A stretch of 64,000 nucleotides of DNA from NCBI GenBank assembly GCA_964016885.1, contig OZ024754.1, forward strand, positions 33,852,001-33,916,000, read 5' to 3'. Shown piece after piece: positions 50,255-63,110 of the stretch; the stretch's first letter is position 1; each line of letters opens with the position of its first letter. A model generated the notes under the pieces. It was not told where the DNA came from. It did not search any database and saw only the letters and a list, made by a program, of their open reading frames with translations. The stretch is from Eledone cirrhosa. Its lineage: Eukaryota. A program made the translations under genes and the position numbers.

Positions 50255-52080
50255 AATGGTATCTGTAATAAGGCATGTGTAACCAGGGAATACTACACCC
50301 GATTAAGAAAAATATGGTCATGCAAGCGTGGAACATGGACGTTAAACGATGATGATGATGATGATGGTCATCGGAACTCTCTGCACAAAACAAAACAGTG
50401 ACTCACAATGTGTTTGCTGTGCCCGTCCTAACACCAACGTTTGGAATACTCAATTGGACGATAGACAAAATCCAAGCAATTGATGTTAGAACTCGAAAAA
50501 TACTAAACAACACCGGAAACTTCCACATCAATGGTGACATAGACCGCCTTGAAACATAAGCAGGGAGGCAGAGGCCTAACATCAGTCCAGACAGCATTTG
50601 AATGTCGCATCATATCCCTCCAACAACATCTACGAACCTCGAAGCGTAGGAGCCCGTCTCTCGAGCAAGTCTATCTGCATGATACAGATAAGATCATGTG
50701 AGTTGGGAAGGAACTCCTTGAAAGATATTCCCTGTGTGATAATCAAAAACTCACACCCAGCGCAGCAGTATCGCAGTGAATCCATGGATGAAAAACTGCA
50801 TGTTTATCAGCAAAAAATCATGCATGCATATGTTGCCAGGAAGATCCAGAGTGAGAGTAATATAGATAAGGAAAGTAGTCTTTCTTGAACCAACAACCGC
50901 TATATTGGCTCCCACTTTCAAGGATACGCTTTTGCAATCCAAGAACAGGAGATTAACGCAAAATACCTGATTCACAAAAGAGATAGGGATGCAGGCAAAA
51001 TACCTAGATGTGACAACACGTGCAGACTCTGCAGAATTAACATCGAAGATGTCACCCATGTCATAAGCAATTGTCCAAAGATGTCATGGCGGTACTATCT
51101 ACCTATGAGGCATGATGTAGTGGCCAAACACACTGTACAATGCAATCCGTAGAAAAGATAGCCTCGATAATAAACACATTAAAAGCTACAGCAATGTGGA
51201 AGACATACATATACATAATATGAAAGAGTACTGGTGGAATATTCCAGTAAAAACCCCAATAAAATGCAGGCATAACAGACCAGATATTATGATATGGGAC
51301 AGGGAGAAGAAAACATGCACAGTAGTGGAAGTTAGCTGCCCAGCAGATGACAATATATCAAAGATTAGCGAAAAGGAGAATATTTATGCAGAACTAATGA
51401 GAAATCTGCAGATACTCCACCCTGATTGCACCTTCAGATTTATGCCTGTGATTATTGGGGTACTGGGATATGTTAGTAACTGCCTCAATACAAATCTTGA
51501 GAAGCTGGGCTTCACAGGAACAGATAGAACACAACTAGTTAGGAAACTACAAAGTACAATCCATTAATGGAACAGTAAAAAATATGTAAAACATTCCAAA
51601 AATTTTGCATCTAATTACTGCATATAGACATGTACAGATACAAAGCATATGCACATGCACACATACAACTCAAAACATACACAACCACACATACAATAAC
51701 ATCCATACCTACACATGCAGACATGTATACATATCTACCTAGTTGATGTTGTGTAAATTCCAATGAGAGAGTCTTGTCTCTATGATAGAAACCGACTCTC
51801 TCTCTATTGGTAAAAATTTGTGAAATTATTAAACCAGAAGAACATACATATAATTGTAAAATGGGGAAAAACTACAAGCCAATCTAGCAACATTTGTATC
51901 AATGGCCTAACTGTTTCACTAACATCTGGTGAGGACTGCAACAGATAGCTAGGGATAGATGAGAATAAATCATAGTTTGGCATCTGTAGCAAGGAACACA
52001 TAACCAGGGAATATTACACCCGATTAAGAAAAATATGGTCATCTGAAATCTCTGTGTACAATAAAACAGAGGCTGACAAT
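50255..52080 (+). mobile_element. Degenerate RLE-type non-LTR retrotransposon (R4/Dong-like)
   Basis: CCHC finger CRLC..ED..H..NC, RHD motif, RPDIMIWDREKKTCTVVEVSCP (PD-(D/E)XK nuclease); segment 50280-50321 repeated at 52001-52042. Confidence 0.8.
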
Positions 52081-53327
52081 GTTAATCATTCCATGAGTAT
52101 CTTAGTCAACTTATACAGGAGTGATGGTAGAGCAGTGAAATTTTGCATGCACTAATTTCAACTCTTCTTATTAATAACTTCATTGTTTGTTGCTAGGGAT
52201 TAGGTTGAAAAATCAACTTCCTTTAGTCATTCCATGAGAGTATCTTGGTCAGCCTGTGAACTTTTCTGTCAACCCTCATATAATCAAGAGAAAAAACACT
52301 GTAACCACTGAATAATGGGATACTGTTTTGGGTGGGTTAGGGTTAAGTTTTAGAATTGCTATCATATTGCTCAATTTCCAGATGGTAAGCAATGAACTGA
52401 CAGAATCTTTAGAACATCAGACAGAATACTTTGCAGTGTTTTGGATATCTGTGCTCTGAAATCAAATCCCACCAAAATCAACTTTGCCTTTCATCCTTTT
52501 GAGGTTTATAAATAAAGTAGCAGTCCAGTACTCATGTTGATTCTTCTCTATATCTTTTTCTCACTTCCTCTCTCCTTCCTTAAAAGAAATCAGCTATGTT
52601 CAGACTTGAAAAGAGATAGGCTCTCTCAGGTTAAAATATCCCAAAACTGTAGTGTCATAACTGCGCACCTATGATTCCTACAGGATCTCAGGGCTGATGA
52701 ATGCATAGATTTTATGTATTTACCTCAAACAGCTAGAAAAGGAAATCTGAAATAGTTGGGTTAACAAAACAAACAAAAGAGAACATGGAGGTGTAAAACT
52801 AAATATTATAATATATTTAGTCTAGCACATTGTCTTGGTTATTTCCAGTACCTTTGTAAGACAAATAAAGGAAAGCAAAGGAGTCAATTATCTGATCACA
52901 CCAAGGGAATTACGTTTCCAATTATCTTTTCATTGCTGATATTATCTGCCAGCTGCATCTCTTGGTAGACAGAGACATGTTTGAATTCAGAATGCACAGA
53001 GCCAGATTAGATATTGCAAAGCAACTTATCCAACTCTTTAACAATGTTTACCAATCTACCACAACTACACTAAACTGCTTATTTATTTATTGAATCAACC
53101 CCAAAAGATGAAAGACAAAGTGGTAAGATAAATGTATCATTGAATGACTGATTATTTGATTGATTAAATTTAGATGAAAATCAACTAAAACATACATACA
53201 AATAGAAAAACAAACATCGGAAATCGTTTATTTTCAAATAGAAAATAATATTTATTTTTAAAATGTACCAATTTTATTTTAAAATTTAGAAAATGTAAAT
53301 TTTAAAAATCTTTTAGATAGAAGAAAT

Positions 53328-53479
53328 TCATTCAAAGACTGTTCTTCTGATCGTTACTCCATGTAGAATGCCAGCAATTAAAGAGATGATCCCAGCAAGA
53401 ATTGCCAAGTATGAAGAATAAGATGGACTAAAGTTATGTATTCCAAAACTGATTAATGGAGCAATAAATGCCAATGTAC
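53328..53479 (-). CDS. Claudin/PMP22/EMP-family tetraspan protein, exon 3 (last)
   Basis: GTLAFIAPLISFGIHNFSPSYSSYLAILAGIISLIAGILHGVTIRRTVFE*; phase 1 acceptor; SYS.YLA before TM4 is typical. Confidence 0.82.
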
Positions 53480-53824
53480 CTGAAAGCAAGAAAAATATAC
53501 ATATAGTTATGTATTGCATAAGGAAAATAAAAAATAACTAATTCCAAAGAGAAGAAACCAAAATATTTTTATCTGAGAGTTCCTTATACTCTGAAGAAGG
53601 GAATTTTAAGTCACAAAATATTAGGACAAAAAAGAACAACAAAGATTACCAGGTAACTAACCTTTTCGTTACCTTCATCTTACCACTCATTTTGTATTGT
53701 TTAGCCTTATATCACTTAACCACAAACCCATGCTAGCGTGGAAGATGGACGTTAAACAAAGATGATGATGATGATGATGATATATACAATGCTTCAAGCA
53801 AACTATAACATTTTATTATTATTA

Positions 53825-54160
53825 TTGGCAGTATCGGTAGAGGGTCGAGCGCCATGCTTTGCAGCAAAGAATTACGGCCTTTTATGATCTGAGTTTGAAT
53901 CCTGCTGAGGTTAACTTTGCTTTTCATCCTTACGGGGTCAATAAAATAGAGTACCAGTAATACACTGGGATAATTGCTGGCAGTATTGGTAGAGGGTTGG
54001 ACGCCATGCTTTTGACGTATAGAGTTACGGCCCTTGCCTTTCTGAGTTCAAATCCCGCCAAGGTTAACTTTGCCTTTCATCCTTACGGGGTCGATAAAAT
54101 AAAGTACCAGTAATGCACTGGGTAATTGCTGGCCTTGTGCCTAACGTAGAAACAATTATT
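53825..54160 (+). mobile_element. Head-to-tail dimer of SINE family A
   Basis: Two consecutive copies of the head and core. Confidence 0.8.
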
Positions 54161-54259
54161 ACAATTTTTTTTATATTCTTTGAATATTTCCTGCTGTACA
54201 AAACAAACATGTAAAGTTGAAAAGGCAGCTGTAAACTCCATCACATATACTCAGTCTAT

Positions 54260-54600
54260 ATTAAAACCAGACATCATCTTGGTTCCTGAGGTATCAAGGC
54301 AGCTGATTTTACTGGAGCTAACTGTTGTCAGGGAGGACAGAATGGAGAAGGCACAGCAGAGGAGAGAAAAGTACCAGAAGTTGTAGAGGAACAGATGCAA
54401 ACCCCCACTACAGTGCATGTAGTGGAGGTTGGCAGCAAAGGATTTTTTAGCTCATTCCCTTAGTAAAGCTTATGAAATCCTAGGTGTTATGGGAGTGAGG
54501 AAAAGAAGAGTCATGAAAAACAATGTGAAAGCAATCTAGATGATTATGGCTGAAGAGAAGTGTCACATGGACACAGATTGGTGATCTGGATGAAGGGGGC
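54260..54600 (+). mobile_element. RLE nuclease fragment of a HERO/NeSL-like retrotransposon
   Basis: LKPDIILV..SRQLILLELTV..EDRME.A..R.EKYQKL followed by VEVGSKGF. Confidence 0.7.
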
Positions 54601-56724
54601 TGTGTTGTAAGACCTGAAACACCTCGTGATTCTAGGATACCACACAGACAATGTATCCAAGATTTTGCTACTGCAGATGTGTGATGAACTTGGAGAAAGA
54701 GTAGTATTTCAAAGAATATAAATTCATGTTATCCATATTTCTTTTTTTTTTTAGGTTTTTATCCATTAATAATACCAAATGGGGTATATAGAAGACAACT
54801 GACAATCATAAGCTCATAGGTTCGATTACCTAACTGGACAGTACATTGTGTTCTTGAGTAGGGCACTTTATTTTATGTTGCTCCAAAAATAAGTGCCAAC
54901 ATCAACTGATGGTTAACACTTTGACAGACTCTCAGTCTGACCAAGATAAACATCAGACTTTGTTCAACCCATGTGAACATGGAAAAATGGGTTTAAAACA
55001 AAAAATTCTGACTCACACTAACAACTAGAAGGAATAGAGGTAGTTGTGATCTTTATACCTTTCCTATGGATATCATTAGTGTAGGTAATGTGATTTTGCA
55101 TTATCCAGGAATCAAAAACACACCACACTTTCAACTTGCCTGGAAATTCTTGTTAAACATTGCTCAGAAGCTTTAATGTGATTTTAAGAAAGGTATGAAC
55201 ATCACATTTCCTTTTCTTCCTCTAAAATATATTGCTATGAGCTTAGTAAAAAAATCTTTTCATTAATTTTTATTGATTGCAGTGAGAGTGATAAAGCAAG
55301 GAATAAGCTCCAGCTTGTTGAGTCACCCAACTGGTTTCATAACTTTATAATGATCAAAACTTTAGATACATTTAGCCTTTTGACACCAACCCAACCAAAA
55401 CTGGCTCTGATCCTATGAAACAAAGCCACACATTTTAAAGGGTACCTATTTAAATTAGTATCTTCTAACAATTATATATAAGAGCCATAAGATAAAGTAC
55501 TGTCTTAGTAATGAAAAATAAATAATTTTTGTAAATCCCTCAAAATGCTTCATTAATTCATTAAAGTAGAGTGTATTTCATTAGAAATAAGGTCATGGAA
55601 AGGTTAAGAGCAGCTGTAGAGGACCAGATATAGAAGAATGGGTCTTCTATTTGAAACCCCACTGTAGCAGACTGTGATTCTCTTTTTCCCAAGATCAGTC
55701 TTTTATTGTTGTTGATGTTGGACTTCCATTGGTTCTGACAATGAGTGTTCCAGTTGTTTGATAAATGGAACAGCTTGCTTGTGAAGTTAATGTGAGCATG
55801 ACTGAGCATTCCACAGATACGTGCAGCATTAAAGTAGTTCTCAGAGAGATTCAGACACAGTGTGTAACAAATCTGGTCCTTTGAGTTATAGATACAACTC
55901 ATTGTATCTAACTGAGTGGACTGGAGCGATATAAAATTGTCTTGTTCAAAGACACCATATACTGCCAGGAATTGAACTCATGACCTTTTCATCATGAGCT
56001 GAATACTCTAACCACTTAGTCATGCATTTTCACTTAATTATTTATTAAACTTGTGCCAAGTAAAAGGAAAAAAATTCAATATTGATCATTTTGTTGCTAT
56101 TTTCCTCAAAATTTACTTAACCATTTTGATAACAACACAACCAAAACCAGCTCGGGTTCTGTGAAACACACCACCAATTTTAAAGTGTTTCCATTTAAAT
56201 TAAAATCTCCTAATATATTGTATTTACTGGTCTATTGGATGTCCCTTCATATAAGACACCCCCTGGTTTTACAAGGACATTTTGAGAAAAAATAATCTTA
56301 GTACATTTCTTCATAAATTTATTAAAAATTATGTCACTGTTTTTTCAGAAACCTTTATATAAGTTTGGCATCATTTTGCTTATATAAATTGTATTGTATT
56401 ACTGTATTACTAATACTAATAGTAATACAAATTATATTATTTTAACCATGATTGTTCCCCCTCCCCACTCCATTTGGCCTCCCATCAGTGATATGGGGGT
56501 ATTGGATGCAAGGAAGATTTTTTTTGTTTTGGGGGGAAAAAAGTGCATCCAATAGGCTGGCAAATACAGTAACTTTATATAAGAACCATATGTTAACTTA
56601 TTATTTTAGCAATGAAATAATTAATTATTTTAGTAAATCCATCAAAATTGTTGAATGATAAATGAAAATACAATGTATTTTATTAAAAACATGGTAAGGA
56701 AAATGTAAAATATTGAACACTTAC

Positions 56725-56877
56725 CTCCAACTATCAGCAATATTGACACAGCCCAACGGTACTTTCTGTTATTTCTCAAAGTGTGTTTGAATATATACAC
56801 TGTGGCCATTATGGCAGCAACTAACAGGATTAAGAAGCCAAGGCAGGAGAGCCCCTTTGTCATTTTGAAGCTTCCAG
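56725..56877 (-). CDS. Claudin/PMP22-family protein, exon 2
   Basis: SGSFKMTKGLSCLGFLILLVAAIMATVYIF..RWAVSILLIVGG; phase 1 to 1; G|GTAAGT donor. Confidence 0.82.
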
Positions 56878-57154
56878 CTAAAATTAAAAATTTAGCATTA
56901 AATAGCAATATATGAGGGCAAGGTGAAAAGTTCATAGTCCGATTATGAAGGAGTGATGCTAGAGCTGTGAAATCTTGCATGCATCAATTTCATTTCAACT
57001 CTTCTATTAATAATTGCATTGTTTCTTTCCAGGGACTATGTTGAAAAATAAACCTCATTTGATCATTCCATTGAAAAAGTTGGTCTTTCAGTCCAGCGAA
57101 ACGTACATTCCTTATTGTAGTAACTATCCTTAATAATTGTTTCTATCCTTAATA

Positions 57155-57345
57155 ATTGTTTCTATTTTTGGCACAAGTCCAGCAATTATCCCAGTGCATT
57201 ACTGGTACTTTATTTTATCGACTCCGTAAGGATGAAAGGCAAAGTTAACCTCGGCGGGATTTGAACTCAGATCATAAAGGGAGGTAACTCTATGCTTCAA
57301 AGCATGGCATCCGACCCTCGACCGATACTCCCAATCCACCGCCCT
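57155..57345 (-). mobile_element. SINE family A copy
   Basis: Reverse complement of 5964-6149. Confidence 0.82.
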
Positions 57346-57362
57346 CTATCCTTACTAATTAT

Positions 57363-57438
57363 ATGTATTGGGTCGTCAAATATGAAATTTGTAGAAATTA
57401 TTTTTTCTACAAATTTCATACTTGATGACCCAATACAT
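57363..57438. mobile_element. 76-bp palindromic mini-MITE (mariner-type termini)
   Basis: 35-bp arms, 6-nt loop, TA|TTGGGTC ... GACCCAA|TA. Confidence 0.75.
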
Positions 57439-58176
57439 CATAGTATTTGCACCCCATTCTGAAGTCCCATGTCCCACCTTGGGAAATACTGTTTCCAATG
57501 ATAAATGTTCCAGTTGTTTGATGAATGGAACAACCAGCTCCTGAAATTAACATACAAGTAGATGAGCATTCCATTGACATGTGTACCCTTAACGTAGTTC
57601 TCAGGGAGATTCAGCATGACAGTGTGTGCCATGGTTGGTCTTTTTAATTACAGGTACAATTCATTTACACCAGCTGATGGACTTGAGCAAGGTGAAATAA
57701 AATATTTTGCACATGGACACCAATACACAGTCAGTCAAATACCCTAACCACTAGTCACAATTTGAGGTATAGTTATAAAATGCAACTAACAACAATAGGA
57801 AATGTAAAAACATGACGGGACAATTGCATGAATTCATCACCATCATCATCATCATCATCATCATTTTATGTCTGCTTTTCCCTGCTTGGACGGGTCCTAT
57901 TCAGCACAGCATCTCTCCTCTTGTCATGGTCCTTCGTCATCTCCTCGGTGAGTTTCAGCGATCTTAGGTCTGCTCTCACCACCTCCGCCCATTATCGAAA
58001 CAAATAAGTTTCCGCCTGCCAAAAATTTTGTTTTATATGGGTTTACATAAGAAATGAAATTTTTATCCTTTAAAGTATATTTAACGGTTTTTTTTTCCTT
58101 CATATAGAGTTTGTTTTTTAAATCATAACCTGGTTAGGTTTCAGGGAATTTACAGCTGCAATACTTTTATTTGATA

Positions 58177-58437
58177 TTAGCAAAAGAACCCGTTGTTGCT
58201 GGCACATCTTTCGCCAATGTAAATAAAGAGCCCCCTCTCTCCTTAACATAGCCATCTTTAAATAGACCCAGAATTCTGTTATTTTAGGAGAGAAAAAAAT
58301 TTAAACTATATGTTGACATGCTCTGGGAGCTAAATAACCTGTGTATCAAATTCGAACAAAATTGAATGGAAACTGTGGAAATGCTCCGCCTATATACAGA
58401 GAGACAGGCAGACATTTTCGTTTTTATGCACATAGAT
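58177..58437 (-). mobile_element. Degenerate non-autonomous Helitron-like element
   Basis: Minus strand begins TCTATGTGCATAAAAACGAAAATGTCTG, similar in layout to the 5' end of 34509-35129. Confidence 0.45.
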
Positions 58438-59270
58438 ATATAAATATGTCTGAATTTGTGATGAAATTTTAATCCTTAGTAGATTGAAACTGAAATATCA
58501 GCATTTAAAATTTTCAGAATGGGAAACAAAATGTACTTAGCAGTTTATTTGTTTAAAATAATTTAATTTAAAAAGTGCCCTATAGGTATAGTTGATGTAA
58601 AACAACAGCAGAAACACAAGAAATTAGGTCCACAGGAGAAATTCGAAATTGTTGATCAAGTTTTGATCTCGAGATCCAGGTCAAAGAGTGGTCCCTGAAC
58701 ATCTGGTGGTTGTCTAGAGTGGTCTCTGAACATCTGTATGAGTGACTAATTACGAACAGAAAGAGGTGAGAAAATTCTGGCTGGATACAGTTGGTTTAAA
58801 TGCTATGAGGTTAAAATAACCAAGACTTGCCGTGTATCAGGATGCTGACCCTACAACTCCATCAGAAGTTATGGATCCTATTTATATACATGCTTGATAA
58901 TTAATTAATGCAGCTGTTCATTTATCACTAGGTAGATAAAGAGGAGAGATGATATTTTTTTTTTTTATATTTTAATTAGAAGTATTTATTTAGAAACTAA
59001 ATAGTACTAAGTTAACTAGATTAGTTAACTAGTTTTCATAATACATATGCTTTTAAAATGAAATCAATATTTGATTAAGAGAGAGGAGTAAAATCTGAGT
59101 TAATGAACAAAATTATTTGTTTCGGTAATGCATGAAAACTAAGATATGTTTTTATGTTTGCTATTATCATTATTTCCTTATTTAGGATAGAAAAGAAACC
59201 AATTATTGGATTGGACCAAGAAGGCAATATTTCTATTGGTCTTCGGTGGATTGGCAGTATTTCTATTGGT

Positions 59271-60530
59271 AGGCGGTGGATTGGCAGTATCGGTAGAGGG
59301 TCGGACGCCATGCTTTCCAGCATAGTTACGTCCCTTTACGATCTGAGTTCAAATCCCGCCGAGGTTGACTTTGCCTTTCATCCTTACGGGGTCGATAAAA
59401 TAAAGTACCAGTAATAAATAAATAAATAATAAATAATAAATAATGAAATTATTGTGTACAGTGCTCAGGTGCACTACAACTCATCAAAGGTGCATGTATA
59501 GTACATAGAATAATGTACAAATGTCAGGAAAATAAACAGTGTATGAGTCATGATATAATAACAATAACAATAATGAAATATTGTGCACAGTGCCCAGGTG
59601 CACCACAACCCATCAAAAAAGTGCATGTACAGTACATAGGGCAATGCACAAACATCAGTAAAATGAACAGTGCACACATGTGTGCATGTGTATGGAAGGG
59701 GCACATCAGGTGTAGTTTTGGCGTATTTCGGGAAGCATGAGTGTCTTAAAGGATGCAGTGTCTCGGCAGCTAACAATTGACGCAGGCAGTTTGTTCCATG
59801 TTTCAGCAACTCTGAGCGTGAAAAAATGTCTGCGAAAATCATGGGAGCTGTGCTGTTTTCTTATCTTGTAGGCATGTCCACGTGTGTTAGATACATGGAG
59901 ATCAAAGAGGCGCTCAGGGTTGCAGTTGGCGAGATGGTTAAAAACTTTGTGGGTATTCACCAAGTCCACTGCCAGACGTCGGAGCTTCAATGAATCCATG
60001 CCCAGGGAAGCAAGGCGTTCAGAGTATGGTAGGTGTCTGATAGAGGGTATGCGCTTGGTTGCACGTCTCTGAACAGTTTCCAGGAGGTCAATGTTCCGAG
60101 CAAGATAGGGGTTCCAGACTGATGATGCGAATTCCAAGTGTGGTCGCACCATAGCTGTATACAGTTTTAAATAGATGGCTGGAGAGCGGCTAACAAAGGT
60201 CTTGCTGAGTGATGCCAAGACACCCTCGGCCTTCTTGACAATCTTAGAGACATGCTTTGTCCAACGCAAATCGTTGCTGACAGTAATGCCCAGGTCACGT
60301 TCACAAGAGGACTTTTTGATGTCAGTGTTGTGGAGGGAGTATGTGGACGCTGGATTTTTCCTTCCAAAATGCATGGTGGTACACTTGTCCACAGCCAGCT
60401 TCAGTTGACAGTCTGTGCTGCATTGTGTCCAGGTCTGATTGTAGGAAAGAGTTGTAAATTTCAGGATCAGTCCTTTTGAGTTCAAGTAATGAACTGGGTA
60501 ATTGCTGGCCTTGTGCCTAAAGTAGAAACA
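59271..60530 (+). mobile_element. SINE family A interrupted by a CR1 insertion
   Basis: SINE 59271-59415 resumes at 60485-60530; flanking repeat AATATTTCTATTGGTCTT at 59226 and 60531. Confidence 0.8.
59413..60450 (-). mobile_element. 5'-truncated CR1-clade LINE
   Basis: DKCTTMHFGRKN..ERDLGITV..VRPHLEFASSVWNPY..LETVQRRATK..TRGH.YK..FFTLRV..WNKLP; (TTAT/TTA)n tail at 59413-59443. Confidence 0.9.
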
Positions 60531-60973
60531 AATATTTCTATTGGTCTTTCTATTGCTGGTACTATCTGTTGGTTGCAACTCTTGGCAGAAGGAGGTAAGA
60601 TTAAAACTTAGATGAGATGCAGCAAAACATCCCATTTGACTCTTTAGCCACTCTGCCAGTACACCAACACTCCATTGGTACTTTATATTTCAACCACGAA
60701 AAAATAAAAGGAAAGTTGAAATCAGTAAGATCTGAACTCAAAGTGCAATGAATGAACACATGCAGACTCCCAAATGACTCATGCACATCAAATTTCCAGT
60801 ATAATGAAATATTATAGTGTCATCATAATCATTTTTACATCTGTTTTTCCTCTTAAACCCAGTTTCTTCCTCAGTTCATCCAAGCTCTGCCTTTCTCTCA
60901 CATTTACATTGCTCATCCAAGAAAGCATAGATATTTAGAAAACGAGTTATAAAAAAAGAAAAGCAAAACTTAC

Positions 60974-61130
60974 ACACTTTATGAATGCGATTACAGTAGT
61001 CCTTATAGCAAATCTTAAATAACCCGAAATGCCAGTTGTTGCCAGCCAACCAGCCGGTTGTACTTAAAGCAATAATATGTAGCAGAAATCCAAATATCTG
61101 CACACCAAAGTTAATTTCAAGCATATCCAT
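60974..61130 (-). CDS. Claudin/PMP22-family protein, first coding exon
   Basis: MDMLEINFGVQIFGFLLHIIALSTTGW..WHFGLFKICYKDYC, the W-GL(W/F)-C-C ECL1 signature; donor T|GTAAGT; spliced CDS 462 nt = 153 aa. Confidence 0.85.
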
Positions 61131-61301
61131 TTTGGCTATTTGGTGAAATGAACAAACTGAAAAGTTTGTTCCAACGTCTCCTTAAATACTATTCTTTAAT
61201 ATTAATTGGATATCCGGTTTCTTGACAGGATTGGTTAACTATCTGAAAATAATCAGACGCAGAAACTTTATTTGGGGAGTGCCAAGCAGTCATTTACTTA
61301 A

Positions 61302-61501
61302 CCCTTTAGCATTCACATTACTCTATATATACTATTATATTTTCATGGTAAAGGCTTTACCTCGCATAATTATCTCACATAATATCGAATCTATGAGATT
61401 TTGAAAGTATTTATTTTGAGAACAATACCTTTGAGCGACCAGTTACATCCAGTTTCAACAGAATGGGGTAGAGAATTCTGGCCGGTTTGAACATTAAAGG
61501 G
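61302..61501. mobile_element. piggyBac-like MITE (same family as 17824-18030)
   Basis: TTAA|CCCTTTA ... TAAAGGG|TTAA. Confidence 0.78.
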
Positions 61502-61791
61502 TTAATATGTCACCAGAAAAAATAATTGATAAAAGTGTTGTGATTTTTTTCAAGGGTAAACATACTAAAATAGGACAACCCATCTAACCGATGCTAGCGT
61601 GGAAGCACGGATATAAAACTGTGATGATGATGACGATTCCTGATGATTTCATACAAATGAAAGAGTTCTAATTCTGTAGAAGTAATTTCTATATATAATA
61701 AAAGTGCCTATACTCAACCAACTTATTGACTACCGTTTTTAACTGTGGTTACTCCTTGACACAATTCGAGAACCTACATAATATATATATA

Positions 61792-62155
61792 TCATCATCA
61801 TCATCATTTTATGTCCGCTTTTCCCTGCTTGCAAGGGTGGGACGGGAACTGATTCTGGCTTGATTTCTACAGCTGGATGCCCTTCCTAACACCAACCTCA
61901 CCAACCTCATTTACAGTGAGTGCTGGGTGCTTTATTTCCTGTGGCACCTATACGTCCACTTTACAGTGTGGGCTGGGTGCTTTTTTGCAGTGGAATGATA
62001 GGATACCCCAGTCCTATCATCTCATTTCTACAGCTGAGTAAACTGGCGCAATGTGAAATAAAGTGTCTTGCTCAAGGAAACAACACATCACCCGGTCTGA
62101 GAATTGAACTCACACCCTTTCGATTGCAAGCCTAATGCTCTAACCACTAGGCCAC
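61792..62155 (-). mobile_element. SINE family B with RTE tail
   Basis: Reverse complement of 36969-37300. Confidence 0.8.
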
Positions 62156-62198
62156 ATATATATATATATATATAAGGATTGGTGTTCATATACATATA

Positions 62199-63020
62199 CT
62201 AGCTGAGGAACCCGGCTTCACCTGGGAGAACAGTTAAGAAAGAAGACAGGTAAAAGAGAAAATGACTGTCTTGGATGTGTTGTCTGGCTTACAGTATGAG
62301 GTGAGACTGAAATGTATGTGTGTGTGTGCGAGAGAGACATAAAAAAAACAATCATAAAACTTCCTTATTAGGCTGGGAGAGTAAACTAACAATTAAATAG
62401 TAGCATTGGCCTTGGATTTTAAATGTTGTGAAATAACCATAGTCAGTATGATATTTTTCAGCTCCAAAGGACGTCATCTGAAATGCAGCAATATACCACA
62501 TAACATTGCTTCTGAAGTGTTGCTTCGTTAGTATGGTCTGTAAGCAGTATATGGATAAAAGCTGGAGGGTCCGCGACCAGTAGAAGTCTGACCTTTCCTC
62601 CTAAACAACACATTCCAAGTGTAATATCCATGCTACCAATCGCGACTTTAGTATCATTTCTATAATCCTTCGATGGATCATATGAAAACACAGCTCTTAG
62701 CTAGTTTGTTCTGCAGCTCTCATTGCCTCTTGGTTATTTTCATATCGAACCTCTGTTTGTTGCGATAGTCTTTCTTCTTAACTTAATCTTTCTGTTTCCT
62801 GTCTCAGGTTCTGTACACTTTCAGAAAGTTGCAATCGTCTCTTCTTGCAATCGTCTGTCTGTTTCCCGCCTCATATTCTGCTGAATGTCACAATGTTGAC
62901 TTGTCCCTTTATTCCCAAGTCTTTTATTGTTCATCAGTTTCTCTTTCGTTTGAAGATTTCAAACGTTTGGCAGACAGTGTGTGTGTGGTTTTTGTGCAAC
63001 CAGCCAACCAACCAATAGAC
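62199..63020 (-). mobile_element. Helitron deletion derivative with RepHel remnant
   Basis: Minus: FSYDP..Y..VAIGSM..GMCCLGGKV.L..PP and AFQMTSFGAEK (Helitron N-terminal motifs); 3' end hairpin CCCAGGTGAAGCCGGG then CTAG at 62199. Confidence 0.8.
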
Positions 63021-63067
63021 ATCTCTCTTTTATCATCATCATCATTTTACGTCCGCTTTTCCCTGCT

Positions 63068-63108
<41 letters not shown>

Positions 63109-63110
<2 letters not shown>

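Noticed and set aside
53590-53630. CTGAAGA hammerhead-like core
   Set aside because: No GAAA and no convincing helices.
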